Of a stretch of 64,000 nt of DNA, positions 30,055 through 39,120 are shown in pieces. The notes below the pieces were generated by a model, which worked only from the letters and a program-made list of their open reading frames with translations, made no database searches and had not been told where the DNA came from. Location of the stretch: positions 6,475-70,474 of the IMG/VR virus record IMGVR_UViG_3300021962_000082; one strand, written 5' to 3'. How positions within the stretch are numbered: position 1 is the first letter of the stretch; each line of letters begins with the position of its first letter. A program made the position numbers and the translations under genes. The stretch is from a virus.

Positions 30055-30657
30055 ATGAAAAATAACCTTATAATTATGTTTTTTCCGGGTCTTGGGGGTA
30101 ATCATTTAGCCAACATAATATCAATTAGCAAGGAATATAAAAATTTCAAAGTTGATCGTAGTCAATATTTTAACCCAAGTAAAAAAAGCAATGCCCATTA
30201 CAATAATGCCAATAGCATTAGTTCGAACATCAATACAGACAATTATATATTTTTATACCATTTCGGCACTGCCGACGAAGATAATATTAAAAAAATAATC
30301 GACACATCTACCAATTACCAATTCCTGGTCATTGGTTTCCCGCAAAAAAATCAATTGGCCTTTAAAAGAATGGAACGCAAAAATGAGGTAGATCTTAGAA
30401 AATATTTTATCCGTTATGACTTAGAGAGACTATACAAGCAACAATTTTTAGAAAAATATTACCCTGGCAAGTGGTGTACAATATTTGCCGATGATCTGTT
30501 TAGCAATCAAAATATCGAACAATTTTTAACTGATTTAGAAAATAAGTTAGAGATTAATATTTTAGACAGGGAGTTAGCTATTTCTATTCATAATCGCTGG
30601 ATATTAAATCTTGAAGAAACATTATTAAAAGCAAAATCAAACGATCATCCTAACTAG
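30055..30657 (+). CDS. AT-rich P-loop/sulfotransferase-like hypothetical protein
   Basis: FFPGLGGNHL at N-terminus. Confidence 0.5.
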   Translation: MKNNLIIMFFPGLGGNHLANIISISKEYKNFKVDRSQYFNPSKKSNAHYNNANSISSNINTDNYIFLYHFGTADEDNIKKIIDTSTNYQFLVIGFPQKNQLAFKRMERKNEVDLRKYFIRYDLERLYKQQFLEKYYPGKWCTIFADDLFSNQNIEQFLTDLENKLEINILDRELAISIHNRWILNLEETLLKAKSNDHPN

Positions 30658-30697
30658 CGTGATTATCTATTTCCAGAATTTAAACAATATTTTTAAC

Positions 30698-31408
30698 ATG
30701 TACAATCCCAAATACAACTATCATTCGCTTGAGCGCGAAAGTGTCAACGGCCGTCGCCTGTATGCCACACCAGACGGTAGCCGCGTACCTTCCGTTACAA
30801 CGATCCTGGACGCAACAAAACCACAAGAAAAGCGTGAAGCACTACAGCGTTGGCGAAGCAGCGTAGGCGAAGAGCGAGCACAACAGATCACCACTGAAGC
30901 TGCTGCTCGTGGCACACGGATGCACACTTATCTTGAAAACTATGTAAAGACTGGTGCAATTAAAGAACGTGGCACTAATCCATTTAGTTGGGCTAGCCAC
31001 GCTATGGCAGAAGTTGTTATTGAAAACGGACTTAAAAATGTTGATGAGTTTTGGGGTGTAGAAGTTCCATTGTATTTCCCGGGGATTTACGCAGGCACCA
31101 CTGACTGCTGTGGAATACACAATAACCAAGAAAGCATACTGGACTTTAAACAAAGTAACAAGCCCAAGCGAGTTGAATGGATTGAAGATTACTTTCTGCA
31201 ACTTTGCGCCTACGCTGAAGCACACAATGAAATATACGGGACAAAAATACAAAAAGGCGTTATTTTAATGTGCGTTAAACCTGTTACTGATGACATGGGC
31301 AATATTATTAGCGAACCACAATATCAAGAGTTTGTTATTGAAGGTGAAGAATTTGAATACTGGCGGAACCGCTGGTGGGCGCGAGTGGAGCAATACTATA
31401 CATTATGA
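30698..31408 (+). CDS. PD-(D/E)XK exonuclease
   Basis: PSVTTIL, RGT.MH..LE, AGTTD, LDFKQS, QL.AY. Confidence 0.88.
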   Translation: MYNPKYNYHSLERESVNGRRLYATPDGSRVPSVTTILDATKPQEKREALQRWRSSVGEERAQQITTEAAARGTRMHTYLENYVKTGAIKERGTNPFSWASHAMAEVVIENGLKNVDEFWGVEVPLYFPGIYAGTTDCCGIHNNQESILDFKQSNKPKRVEWIEDYFLQLCAYAEAHNEIYGTKIQKGVILMCVKPVTDDMGNIISEPQYQEFVIEGEEFEYWRNRWWARVEQYYTL

Positions 31409-32136
31409 AAACAATTTTAATTGCTGGTGATAGCTGGGGGTCTGGTGAGTTTGACCAGTTCCGTATTTCCCACCCGGGGTTAGCAGCATACTTTATGGCA
31501 GAGGATAACTCCACAACAGTAATTAATTTGAGTAAACCGGGTGGTGATAATATTACAAGTTGTAGTCGAATTCAAAATTTTTTAGCCACCAATAAGAATT
31601 TAAATATATCTCATATTTTAGTGTTCCAAACCGAATGGTTACGAGATTGTAAATATTTTATTGGAATGGAAGAAGAAATTTTTATACAGAATATAGCAGA
31701 CGGGTATATTGCATTAAGAAACAGAACAATAAGTAGATTTTATTATGATTTATCGAGTACCAGCACAACTTTCAATGTTCCAATTTATGTTATAGGCGGA
31801 TGCAGTGATACAATATGGATTGATAAATTTGAAACAGAATACCCAGGGGTACATATAGTATGTCAAAGTCAAACATCTTTGGTATTAGAAAATAATCACA
31901 AAACTTTGGATCCAGTTTATTCATTATTTACTTCGGGATACGAAAAAGTAATTCAACATATTAAATCTTATTTAAACAATGAGGATTTAGATATATTACT
32001 GCAGGATATAGACAAAGGACATAAACGCTTGGCTTTATGGAAAAATAATCCTACTTTTTTCTGGCCAGACGGTAGGCATGCCAACAGAAAATCACATGAA
32101 ATATTGTACCAACATATCAAAAAAATAGTTTTTTGA
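31405..32136 (+). CDS. AT-rich SGNH/GDSL-like hydrolase or acyltransferase
   Basis: IAGDSW block I and DGRHAN block V. Confidence 0.7.
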   Translation: MKTILIAGDSWGSGEFDQFRISHPGLAAYFMAEDNSTTVINLSKPGGDNITSCSRIQNFLATNKNLNISHILVFQTEWLRDCKYFIGMEEEIFIQNIADGYIALRNRTISRFYYDLSSTSTTFNVPIYVIGGCSDTIWIDKFETEYPGVHIVCQSQTSLVLENNHKTLDPVYSLFTSGYEKVIQHIKSYLNNEDLDILLQDIDKGHKRLALWKNNPTFFWPDGRHANRKSHEILYQHIKKIVF

Positions 32137-32172
32137 TATACGCTAAATAGTTAATCACAGAGGACAACTAAA

Positions 32173-33756
32173 TTGGCTATTGTACAAATTTCGCGCATTA
32201 CCCAGCGTAAAGGGTTACAAGAAGATCTACCCCAATTAGCCGGTGCTGAATTTGGCTGGAGCGTGGATGAGCGCCGACTGTTTATTGGTAATGGCACACT
32301 TGAAGAAGGTGCTCCAGTAATTGGCAATACTGAAATTCTCACTGAATTTTCGGACTTAATGTACCTGGTCCGGGACTATACATACTCGGGCGAAGCAGCC
32401 ACAGGCTATAGCGTACAAACTGGCGTTACACCAGGAACACCAGTTCAGTTGACGCTGCAAAACTGGATGGACCAGTTTGCTACAATTAAAGACTTTGGTG
32501 CAGTCGGCGATGGTGTTACTGACGATACAGATGCTATTAACCGCGCACTTTATCAACTTTACTGTAGAGAAGTTAATCCTGCAATTCGCCGTAGTTTATT
32601 CTTTCCTGCAGGTGTTTATCGTGTATCGGGCACAATTGTTGTTCCTCCTTACGCTACGCTTAAAGGTGAAGGCCCCGAGAATAGTGTTATTGAACTAACA
32701 GCCACTTCCACTGCCACTTGCGTTATGCGCACAGGTGACAGCTTGCAGCAAACTGGTGTTAACATTGGTACCAATGGCGCCACTCCTCCGATTAGTATCA
32801 CTATTGAAAACATGGGATTTAGCAGTTTGAAAATAACTGACATTGTTTGCATCGATCAAGCAAGCGAAATAGTTTTTAATCAGGTAGAATTCAATGGACC
32901 TTTAACAACAGCTGAACTAACAACAGCAGTCGATGATATTGCATCTATTAGATTTAGCAGTACTCCAGCAAACGACACACACCAAATTAAATTTGATAAC
33001 TGCGTATTTTCAGGTTGTACCTACGGTATGAAAACCGACGAACAGGTCCGTGGCATTGATTTTTCAGGATCGCACTTTCAAGTGTTGTACGAAGGTGTTG
33101 TAGTTGAACCAAACCCACTGGGCACAGCGTATGATCCGCGGGGCATAGGCGTACACAGTTGTGATTTTGATTCAATTTATGGCCGCGGCATTGTTTTTGA
33201 AGTTGAACGTAATGCTACTGCGCAAAATACTTTTGGCGATGTGGGCAATCACTTTGGTGGCATTTCGCAACCGTATACTTCTATTATTGATTTTGTTTCT
33301 CCAAATAATATCAGCGTCGGTGACATTTTTGATCGTACTGATCAATTTGCCACTGTACATCAACGAGTCAACGTAAACGGCACAGCCAGTATCGCCTTTA
33401 CTAATGGTCAGCAGTTGGCCATGGGCCCATATGTTCGCGAATCAGGACTAACTGTAACACTCAATAATAATGTAACTTCGCCTGCTACTGCTTTTTCCTA
33501 CAGTGAGTTAGGAATTTGGTCGCTTAACATTGATTATAACATAGCACGGGACACCAACTATCGACTTGGACGGCTGTCTATTGTGTTGGAAAATGGTACT
33601 GGCGCACTAACTTATACTGATGACTACTCGGAAAATGCCCCAACAGGCATTACACTAACTGTTACACAATCGGGCAGTGAAATTTTTGTCAAATACATCA
33701 GCACCAATACTGGTGTTACTGGAACATTAACTTATAGTATAAATCATATTTGGTGA
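32173..33756 (+). CDS. tail/virion protein with pectate-lyase-like beta-helix
   Basis: MAIVQISRI.QRKG, KDFGAVGDGVTDDT.AI, FFPAGVY; TTG start after TAAATA and GAGGA. Confidence 0.8.
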   Translation: MAIVQISRITQRKGLQEDLPQLAGAEFGWSVDERRLFIGNGTLEEGAPVIGNTEILTEFSDLMYLVRDYTYSGEAATGYSVQTGVTPGTPVQLTLQNWMDQFATIKDFGAVGDGVTDDTDAINRALYQLYCREVNPAIRRSLFFPAGVYRVSGTIVVPPYATLKGEGPENSVIELTATSTATCVMRTGDSLQQTGVNIGTNGATPPISITIENMGFSSLKITDIVCIDQASEIVFNQVEFNGPLTTAELTTAVDDIASIRFSSTPANDTHQIKFDNCVFSGCTYGMKTDEQVRGIDFSGSHFQVLYEGVVVEPNPLGTAYDPRGIGVHSCDFDSIYGRGIVFEVERNATAQNTFGDVGNHFGGISQPYTSIIDFVSPNNISVGDIFDRTDQFATVHQRVNVNGTASIAFTNGQQLAMGPYVRESGLTVTLNNNVTSPATAFSYSELGIWSLNIDYNIARDTNYRLGRLSIVLENGTGALTYTDDYSENAPTGITLTVTQSGSEIFVKYISTNTGVTGTLTYSINHIW

Positions 33757-34175
33757 AGTGGCCTGTAACCTTTGAAGCACGCCTTACCAGTTGGCATCAA
33801 CTTCGTAAACAAGCTGGTGAATTACCTATTGAGTCGGCGCTCCAAACCATTAACTCTTGGTGGTTTGACTCTCCGTGGACAGCATACCATTTGCACTGGG
33901 ATGACCGATCCACTTGGCCCGATCCTTGGCAATTATTGAGCGATAATATTTTTTGCGAGGTTGCTCGCGGGCTTGGAATCCTGTATACTATAACTTTACT
34001 AAACCGTGCGGATATGGCGTCAACAGAGCTGGTTTTAACTGATGACGGGCGTAATTTAGTCCTAGTGGACAAATCTAAATATATACTGAATTGGAATAGG
34101 TCAATCCTGTTAAATATCAAGTCTGAAATAAAAATTAAAAAAAGTTTGCACCAATCACAGGTAGTACAGAAGTAA
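33750..34175 (+). CDS. hypothetical phage protein
   Basis: Trp-rich, WPDPWQLL..N.FC. Confidence 0.7.
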   Translation: MVKWPVTFEARLTSWHQLRKQAGELPIESALQTINSWWFDSPWTAYHLHWDDRSTWPDPWQLLSDNIFCEVARGLGILYTITLLNRADMASTELVLTDDGRNLVLVDKSKYILNWNRSILLNIKSEIKIKKSLHQSQVVQK

Positions 34176-34196
34176 CAAAAACAACAAGAGAAGTAG

Positions 34197-36527
34197 ATGT
34201 CACTAATTAATGTAGTAAAACGCAGCGGAACACGCGAGCCCATGGCCATTGAAAAATGGCAAAATCAAGTAGCAAAAGTATGTCAAGGAATAGCAGATGT
34301 CAGTCAGTCAATGATTGAAATCAAAGCACAGTTGCATTTTTACGATGGTATCAGCACACGAGAAATTGATGGTATTACACTTCGTGCTATTGTAGATCTT
34401 ATTGACGTTGAATCCAATCCTGATGTTGGGCACACCAACTACCAATACGTTGCTGGGAAGCAGCGTCTTTCAATGCTGCGAAAGGATGTTTACGGCGACT
34501 ACGAGCCTCCACGCTTGTATGAAATTGTCAAGCGTAATGTTGAAACTGGTTTGTACACACCCGAGCTGTTAGAGTGGTATAGTGAAGCAGACTGGGACCG
34601 CATGGATGATATGATCGATCATGAAAAAGATGAGCAATACAGCTATGCTGCCATTGAACAACTGATTGAAAAATATCTTGTTCGCAATCGTTCAACAAAA
34701 GAAATTTACGAAACACCGCAAGTTCGCTACATGGTTGCCGCTGCCACCGTGTTTCATCGTGAAGAGCCTAACTCGGCTCGCATGCGTTATATTAAGGAAT
34801 ACTACAATGCTGCTTCTGATGGCCTCTTTACTCTTGCCACTCCTGTTCTTGCTGGCCTTGGAACTCCGACCAAGCAGTTTAGCTCTTGCGTTCTTATCCG
34901 TAGTGATGATAATCTTGACAGTATATTTGCCTCTGGCGAAATGATGGCCAAGTATGCCAGTAAACGTGCTGGCATTGGTTTAGAGATTGGACGACTACGA
35001 CCATTAGGTTCGCCTATCCGTGGCGGTGAAATTATGCACACGGGTATGATCCCATTCCTAAAGAAATGGTTTGGTGATTTGCGTTCATGCAGCCAAGGCG
35101 GCATTCGTAATGCCAGTGCTACTGTGTTTTATCCTATTTGGCATCATCAGTTTGATGATCTTATTGTTCTCAAGAACAATCAAGGAACAGAAGAGACCCG
35201 CGTTAGACACATGGACTATGGCGTTGTGCTATCTGCCTTCTTTTGGCGTCGCTTTAAGAACAAAGAAAACATAACCTTCTTTGATCCCAATGAAGTGCCC
35301 GACTTATATGAAGCGTTTTATTCAAATACCAAAAAGTTTGAAGAACTATATGTAAAATACGAACGCAGCACAACCGTTCGCAAAAAGACCATGAGCGCCG
35401 AGGAAGTTTTCAAAAGCGGCATACTCAAAGAGCGCACTGATACTGGACGCATATATCTTGTGTTCATTGACAATGTAATGAATCAAGGTCCGTTTGATCC
35501 AGAGTATCATACGGTTTATCAAAGCAACTTGTGTTGCGAAATATTGCTGCCCACAAAATCATTTAGGAGGCTTGATGATGATGAAGGTCGTATCGCACTT
35601 TGTACACTTGGTTCAATCAACTGGGGTGCGTTTAGGAATCCTGAGGACATGCGCCGTGCTTGCCGCATACTGCACCGCAGTCTTAATAATATTCTTGATT
35701 ATCAGGACTTTTTGAGTATTCAGAGCAAGTTAAGCAATGATGAAATTCGCCCCTTAGGCATTGGCATCACTAACTTGGCATACTGGCACGCCAAGCGTAG
35801 TTTACAATATGGTGACAAAGAAGCACTACATGAAGTAAAATCCTGGATGGAACATCAAGCATTTTACTTGACTGAAGCAAGCGTTGAATTGGCCAAGGAG
35901 CGCGGTGCTTGCTTGCATAGCGATCGCACACGCTATGGGCAAGGAACTTTTCCGTGGGAACTTCGTGCTAAGGGAGTTAACGAGCTGGCAGACTTTACAC
36001 CTGAGTTGGATTGGGAAACACTACGAACACAAATGAAGGAACACGGAGTACGCAATGCCACGCAAATGGCAGTGGCTCCAGTGGAATCAAGTTCAGTTGT
36101 TATTAACAGCACCAACGGTATTGAAATGCCAATGAGCCTGATCAGTGTAAAAGAAAGCAAAGCTGGCAGTTTAACACAGGTGGTTCCCGAGTATCATAAA
36201 TTAAAAAACAAATATCAATTGATGTGGGATCAAAAAGATTGTGATGGGTATTTGAAAACAGCAGCGGTGATTGCTGCTTATGTGGATCAAAGCCTAAGCA
36301 CCAATACTTTTTACAATCCAGCGCACTATGAAAATCATAAAGTGCCAACTACATTAATTGTGAAAAATCTAATGCAAGCACATCGTTGGGGAATTAAGAC
36401 CTTCTATTATAGTCTCGTGAATAAACAAGGCGCTAAGTCATATATCGAAGCAACTCCTTTGGAACAGCCGATACTTATTACTGATAGTTACGAAAACGAA
36501 GATGACTGCGAAGCCTGCAAGTTATAA
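34197..36527 (+). CDS. nrdA: class Ia ribonucleotide reductase alpha subunit
   Basis: ATP cone VVKRSG, QFSSC, SNLCCEI, C-terminal CEACKL. Confidence 0.97.
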   Translation: MSLINVVKRSGTREPMAIEKWQNQVAKVCQGIADVSQSMIEIKAQLHFYDGISTREIDGITLRAIVDLIDVESNPDVGHTNYQYVAGKQRLSMLRKDVYGDYEPPRLYEIVKRNVETGLYTPELLEWYSEADWDRMDDMIDHEKDEQYSYAAIEQLIEKYLVRNRSTKEIYETPQVRYMVAAATVFHREEPNSARMRYIKEYYNAASDGLFTLATPVLAGLGTPTKQFSSCVLIRSDDNLDSIFASGEMMAKYASKRAGIGLEIGRLRPLGSPIRGGEIMHTGMIPFLKKWFGDLRSCSQGGIRNASATVFYPIWHHQFDDLIVLKNNQGTEETRVRHMDYGVVLSAFFWRRFKNKENITFFDPNEVPDLYEAFYSNTKKFEELYVKYERSTTVRKKTMSAEEVFKSGILKERTDTGRIYLVFIDNVMNQGPFDPEYHTVYQSNLCCEILLPTKSFRRLDDDEGRIALCTLGSINWGAFRNPEDMRRACRILHRSLNNILDYQDFLSIQSKLSNDEIRPLGIGITNLAYWHAKRSLQYGDKEALHEVKSWMEHQAFYLTEASVELAKERGACLHSDRTRYGQGTFPWELRAKGVNELADFTPELDWETLRTQMKEHGVRNATQMAVAPVESSSVVINSTNGIEMPMSLISVKESKAGSLTQVVPEYHKLKNKYQLMWDQKDCDGYLKTAAVIAAYVDQSLSTNTFYNPAHYENHKVPTTLIVKNLMQAHRWGIKTFYYSLVNKQGAKSYIEATPLEQPILITDSYENEDDCEACKL

Positions 36528-36536
36528 AACACTACA

Positions 36537-37637
36537 ATGTCAAAAGCACAATATAATTTAAAAACTAAAACCGACTATCTCAATCGCAAGATGTTTTTGG
36601 ATCCTGCGGGCCCAGTCACGATTCAACGATTTGAGGAAGTCAAATACAACAAGCTGGTTAAGTTTGAGCAAGAAGCTCGCGGCTTCTTTTGGATACCCGA
36701 AGAAATCACACTTACCAAAGACGCTAATGACTTCAAAGAAGCCAGCGACACCGTTAAACATATTTTTACTTCTAATCTACTACGTCAAACCGCACTTGAT
36801 AGCTTACAAGGTCGCGGCCCCACTCAAGTATTCACACCAGTTTGCAGTATTCCCGAGCTGGAAGCACTGATGTACAACTGGGGATTTTTTGAAACCAATA
36901 TTCACAGCCGTAGTTATAGTCACATTATTCGGAACATCTACAACGTACCCAAGCAAGTGTTTAACACCGTTCATGACACGCAAGAAATTATTGACATGGC
37001 ATCCAGTGTGGGCTTGTATTATGATCGTCTACACATGATCAACTGCCGCAAAGAGTTGTTGGAGCAGTTTCCCGAACAAGAACATGTCAAAGCCATTTGG
37101 TTAGCATTAAATGCATCTTATGCATTAGAAGCATTCCGCTTTATGGTATCATTTGCTACCAGCTTGGCCATGGTGGAAAACCGTATCTTCATTGGCAACG
37201 GCAACATTATCAGTTTGATTCTACAGGATGAGATTTTACACAAGGAGTGGACTGCTTGGATAATTAATCAAGTAGTCAAAGAAGATCCGCGTTTTGCTCA
37301 AGCCCGTGTTGACTGTGAATCAGAAGTTTATGCCATGTTTGCTGATGTTATCCGTGAAGAAAAAGCCTGGGCCGATTACTTGTTTAAATTCGGACCAGTT
37401 ATTGGATTGAACGCACCTATTCTCAAAGATTTTGTTGATTTTACTGCTGCCGCTGCACTCAAAGACATTGGCATTAGATATCAAGGTGCTGCTCCTAAGA
37501 CTACACCAATACCGTGGTTTATGAAGCACGTGGATACCAGCAAAAAGCAAGCGGCACTACAAGAAAACGAAAGCACTAACTATGTTATTGGCGCCCTTGA
37601 CGGGGAAGTTGATTATGACCAACTTCCGGACCTTTAA
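36537..37637 (+). CDS. nrdB: class Ia ribonucleotide reductase beta subunit
   Basis: [34 protein letters not shown]. Confidence 0.95.
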   Translation: MSKAQYNLKTKTDYLNRKMFLDPAGPVTIQRFEEVKYNKLVKFEQEARGFFWIPEEITLTKDANDFKEASDTVKHIFTSNLLRQTALDSLQGRGPTQVFTPVCSIPELEALMYNWGFFETNIHSRSYSHIIRNIYNVPKQVFNTVHDTQEIIDMASSVGLYYDRLHMINCRKELLEQFPEQEHVKAIWLALNASYALEAFRFMVSFATSLAMVENRIFIGNGNIISLILQDEILHKEWTAWIINQVVKEDPRFAQARVDCESEVYAMFADVIREEKAWADYLFKFGPVIGLNAPILKDFVDFTAAAALKDIGIRYQGAAPKTTPIPWFMKHVDTSKKQAALQENESTNYVIGALDGEVDYDQLPDL

Positions 37638-38154
37638 CTAAAGACCAACCTTTAACTGATTTTTGGCGAGGATTGGCACCAAATAATGAATGAACATTAA
37701 CTTTACAAAGATTATATTTTGTGTATAATTCAACTTTGGTGCAATATTCAACGATGCCAGTGATGTGTTGAAACCCGTAAATCGTAAGGTCTGCCATTCC
37801 GTTTTTGATGCCTTTTGTTTTACTAGGCCTACCGGTCATTTTAGATCGTTGTAATTCTTTTTGTTTTTCTGTTCTAATAATGCCATCAGAACCTTCGCCG
37901 CCGTCAGTTAAATTTCTTAATATACCGGTTCCGTTGTCTTTACGACCATACCAACGGATTAGCTGGCGTTCGATTGCTAACGCACCAATATTGGTTAAAT
38001 TCTGTTCGACTAGAATAATACGAGATTTATCAGTCGGAACTGCAATAACTTTTTGGGTAGACCAGGCTCGTAGACCCTTGCCTTTACCTATATAATAAGG
38101 AGTTCCGTCCTTGCGCAAATAAGCGTAGACGTAAAAATTATTAGTTAAATACAT
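37585..38154 (-). mobile_element. free-standing GIY-YIG homing endonuclease gene
   Basis: [27 protein letters not shown]; antisense between nrdB and glutaredoxin. Confidence 0.85.
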
Positions 38155-38239
38155 GTGCTGATGCTCCTTTCAAGCATTAGAGTAGTTGGGAACGCCAATT
38201 CCGCGAACTACACTTATATTTATAAAGGAAACTAAAATT

Positions 38240-38491
38240 ATGACAGAAGTTGTAATTTGGAGCAAATATCATTGCCCCTACTGCGATCAGGCCAAGGCGT
38301 TATTAAATCAAAGAAACATTCAGTTTCGCGAAAAGAAAATTGGTGACGGTTATTCTAAAGAAGAATTGTTAGAAGAAATTCCCACAGCACGATCAGTGCC
38401 ACAAGTGATTATCAATGGTCAGGCCATTGGTGGATTCACTGAGCTAAGAAAATACATTGACGAAACTGGGTTTACTGGCCAAGGGTACTAA
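38240..38491 (+). CDS. grx: glutaredoxin
   Basis: CPYC, SVPQV, IGGF. Confidence 0.93.
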   Translation: MTEVVIWSKYHCPYCDQAKALLNQRNIQFREKKIGDGYSKEELLEEIPTARSVPQVIINGQAIGGFTELRKYIDETGFTGQGY

Positions 38492-38502
38492 AAAGGAACA
38501 AT

Positions 38503-38793
38503 ATGCTAATTGACAAAGGCGTAACAGCAGGTGAAGTTGTTACTTTTAAACTTACCAGCGGTGAAGAACTGGTTGCTAAGTTAATTGAAGAAAAAGACAC
38601 ATACTATAAAGTAGGTCGTCCAATGGTAATTGCAATGGGGCAACATGGTCCCGGGCTTATGCCATATCTGTTTACGGTTAATCCCGGAAAAGAAATCAAA
38701 CTGTCAAAAACCACAGTAACAGTATGCGAAGCTACTGACAAGGCTTTTGCTGATCAATTTATACAATCTACCACTGGCATTGCATTGGCTTAA
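38503..38793 (+). CDS. Sm-like fold phage protein
   Basis: FKLTSGEELVAK and STTGI terminus typical of T4-like small proteins. Confidence 0.6.
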   Translation: MLIDKGVTAGEVVTFKLTSGEELVAKLIEEKDTYYKVGRPMVIAMGQHGPGLMPYLFTVNPGKEIKLSKTTVTVCEATDKAFADQFIQSTTGIALA

Positions 38794-38838
38794 TCAACTG
38801 TTTTTGTGCGATAAATATAACACACAAAACAAAATACG

Positions 38839-39120
38839 ATGCCAGCAGTACAAAGACAAGGTGACTCAAATTCAGCAGGTGGCGCAGCAACAAGCGGCGT
38901 TGCTTCTGTGCGTGTAAATGGTCGCCCCGTTGTAGTTCCAGGTATTTTAGTAACTCCGCACGCACCTTGGGGTAAACCTCACCCACCACATGCTGCTGCA
39001 AGAACCACCGGCGGAAGTCCCACAGTACGTGCCGGGGGCAAACCAATTGTTAGAACTGGTGATAAAGACACTTGTGGCCACCCTCGCGCTGGTGGTAGTT
39101 CTGATGTAAGGGTACCATAA
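38839..39120 (+). CDS. PAAR-repeat spike-tip protein
   Basis: PAVQRQGD, V.VNGRPV, PIVRTGD..CGH. Confidence 0.88.
   Translation: MPAVQRQGDSNSAGGAATSGVASVRVNGRPVVVPGILVTPHAPWGKPHPPHAAARTTGGSPTVRAGGKPIVRTGDKDTCGHPRAGGSSDVRVP

Noticed and set aside
30698-31408. Cas4 as part of a CRISPR system
   Set aside because: Lacks the four-Cys Fe-S pattern and has no cas or array context; fits a common phage exonuclease
33797-34249. 150-aa antisense ORF, and similar shadow ORFs such as 41975-42442 and 42521-43009
   Set aside because: They overlap well-supported plus-strand genes and show no recognisable motif or SD
34197-37637. Intron or intein in nrdA/nrdB
   Set aside because: Both ORFs are continuous and of normal length; the endonuclease is free-standing
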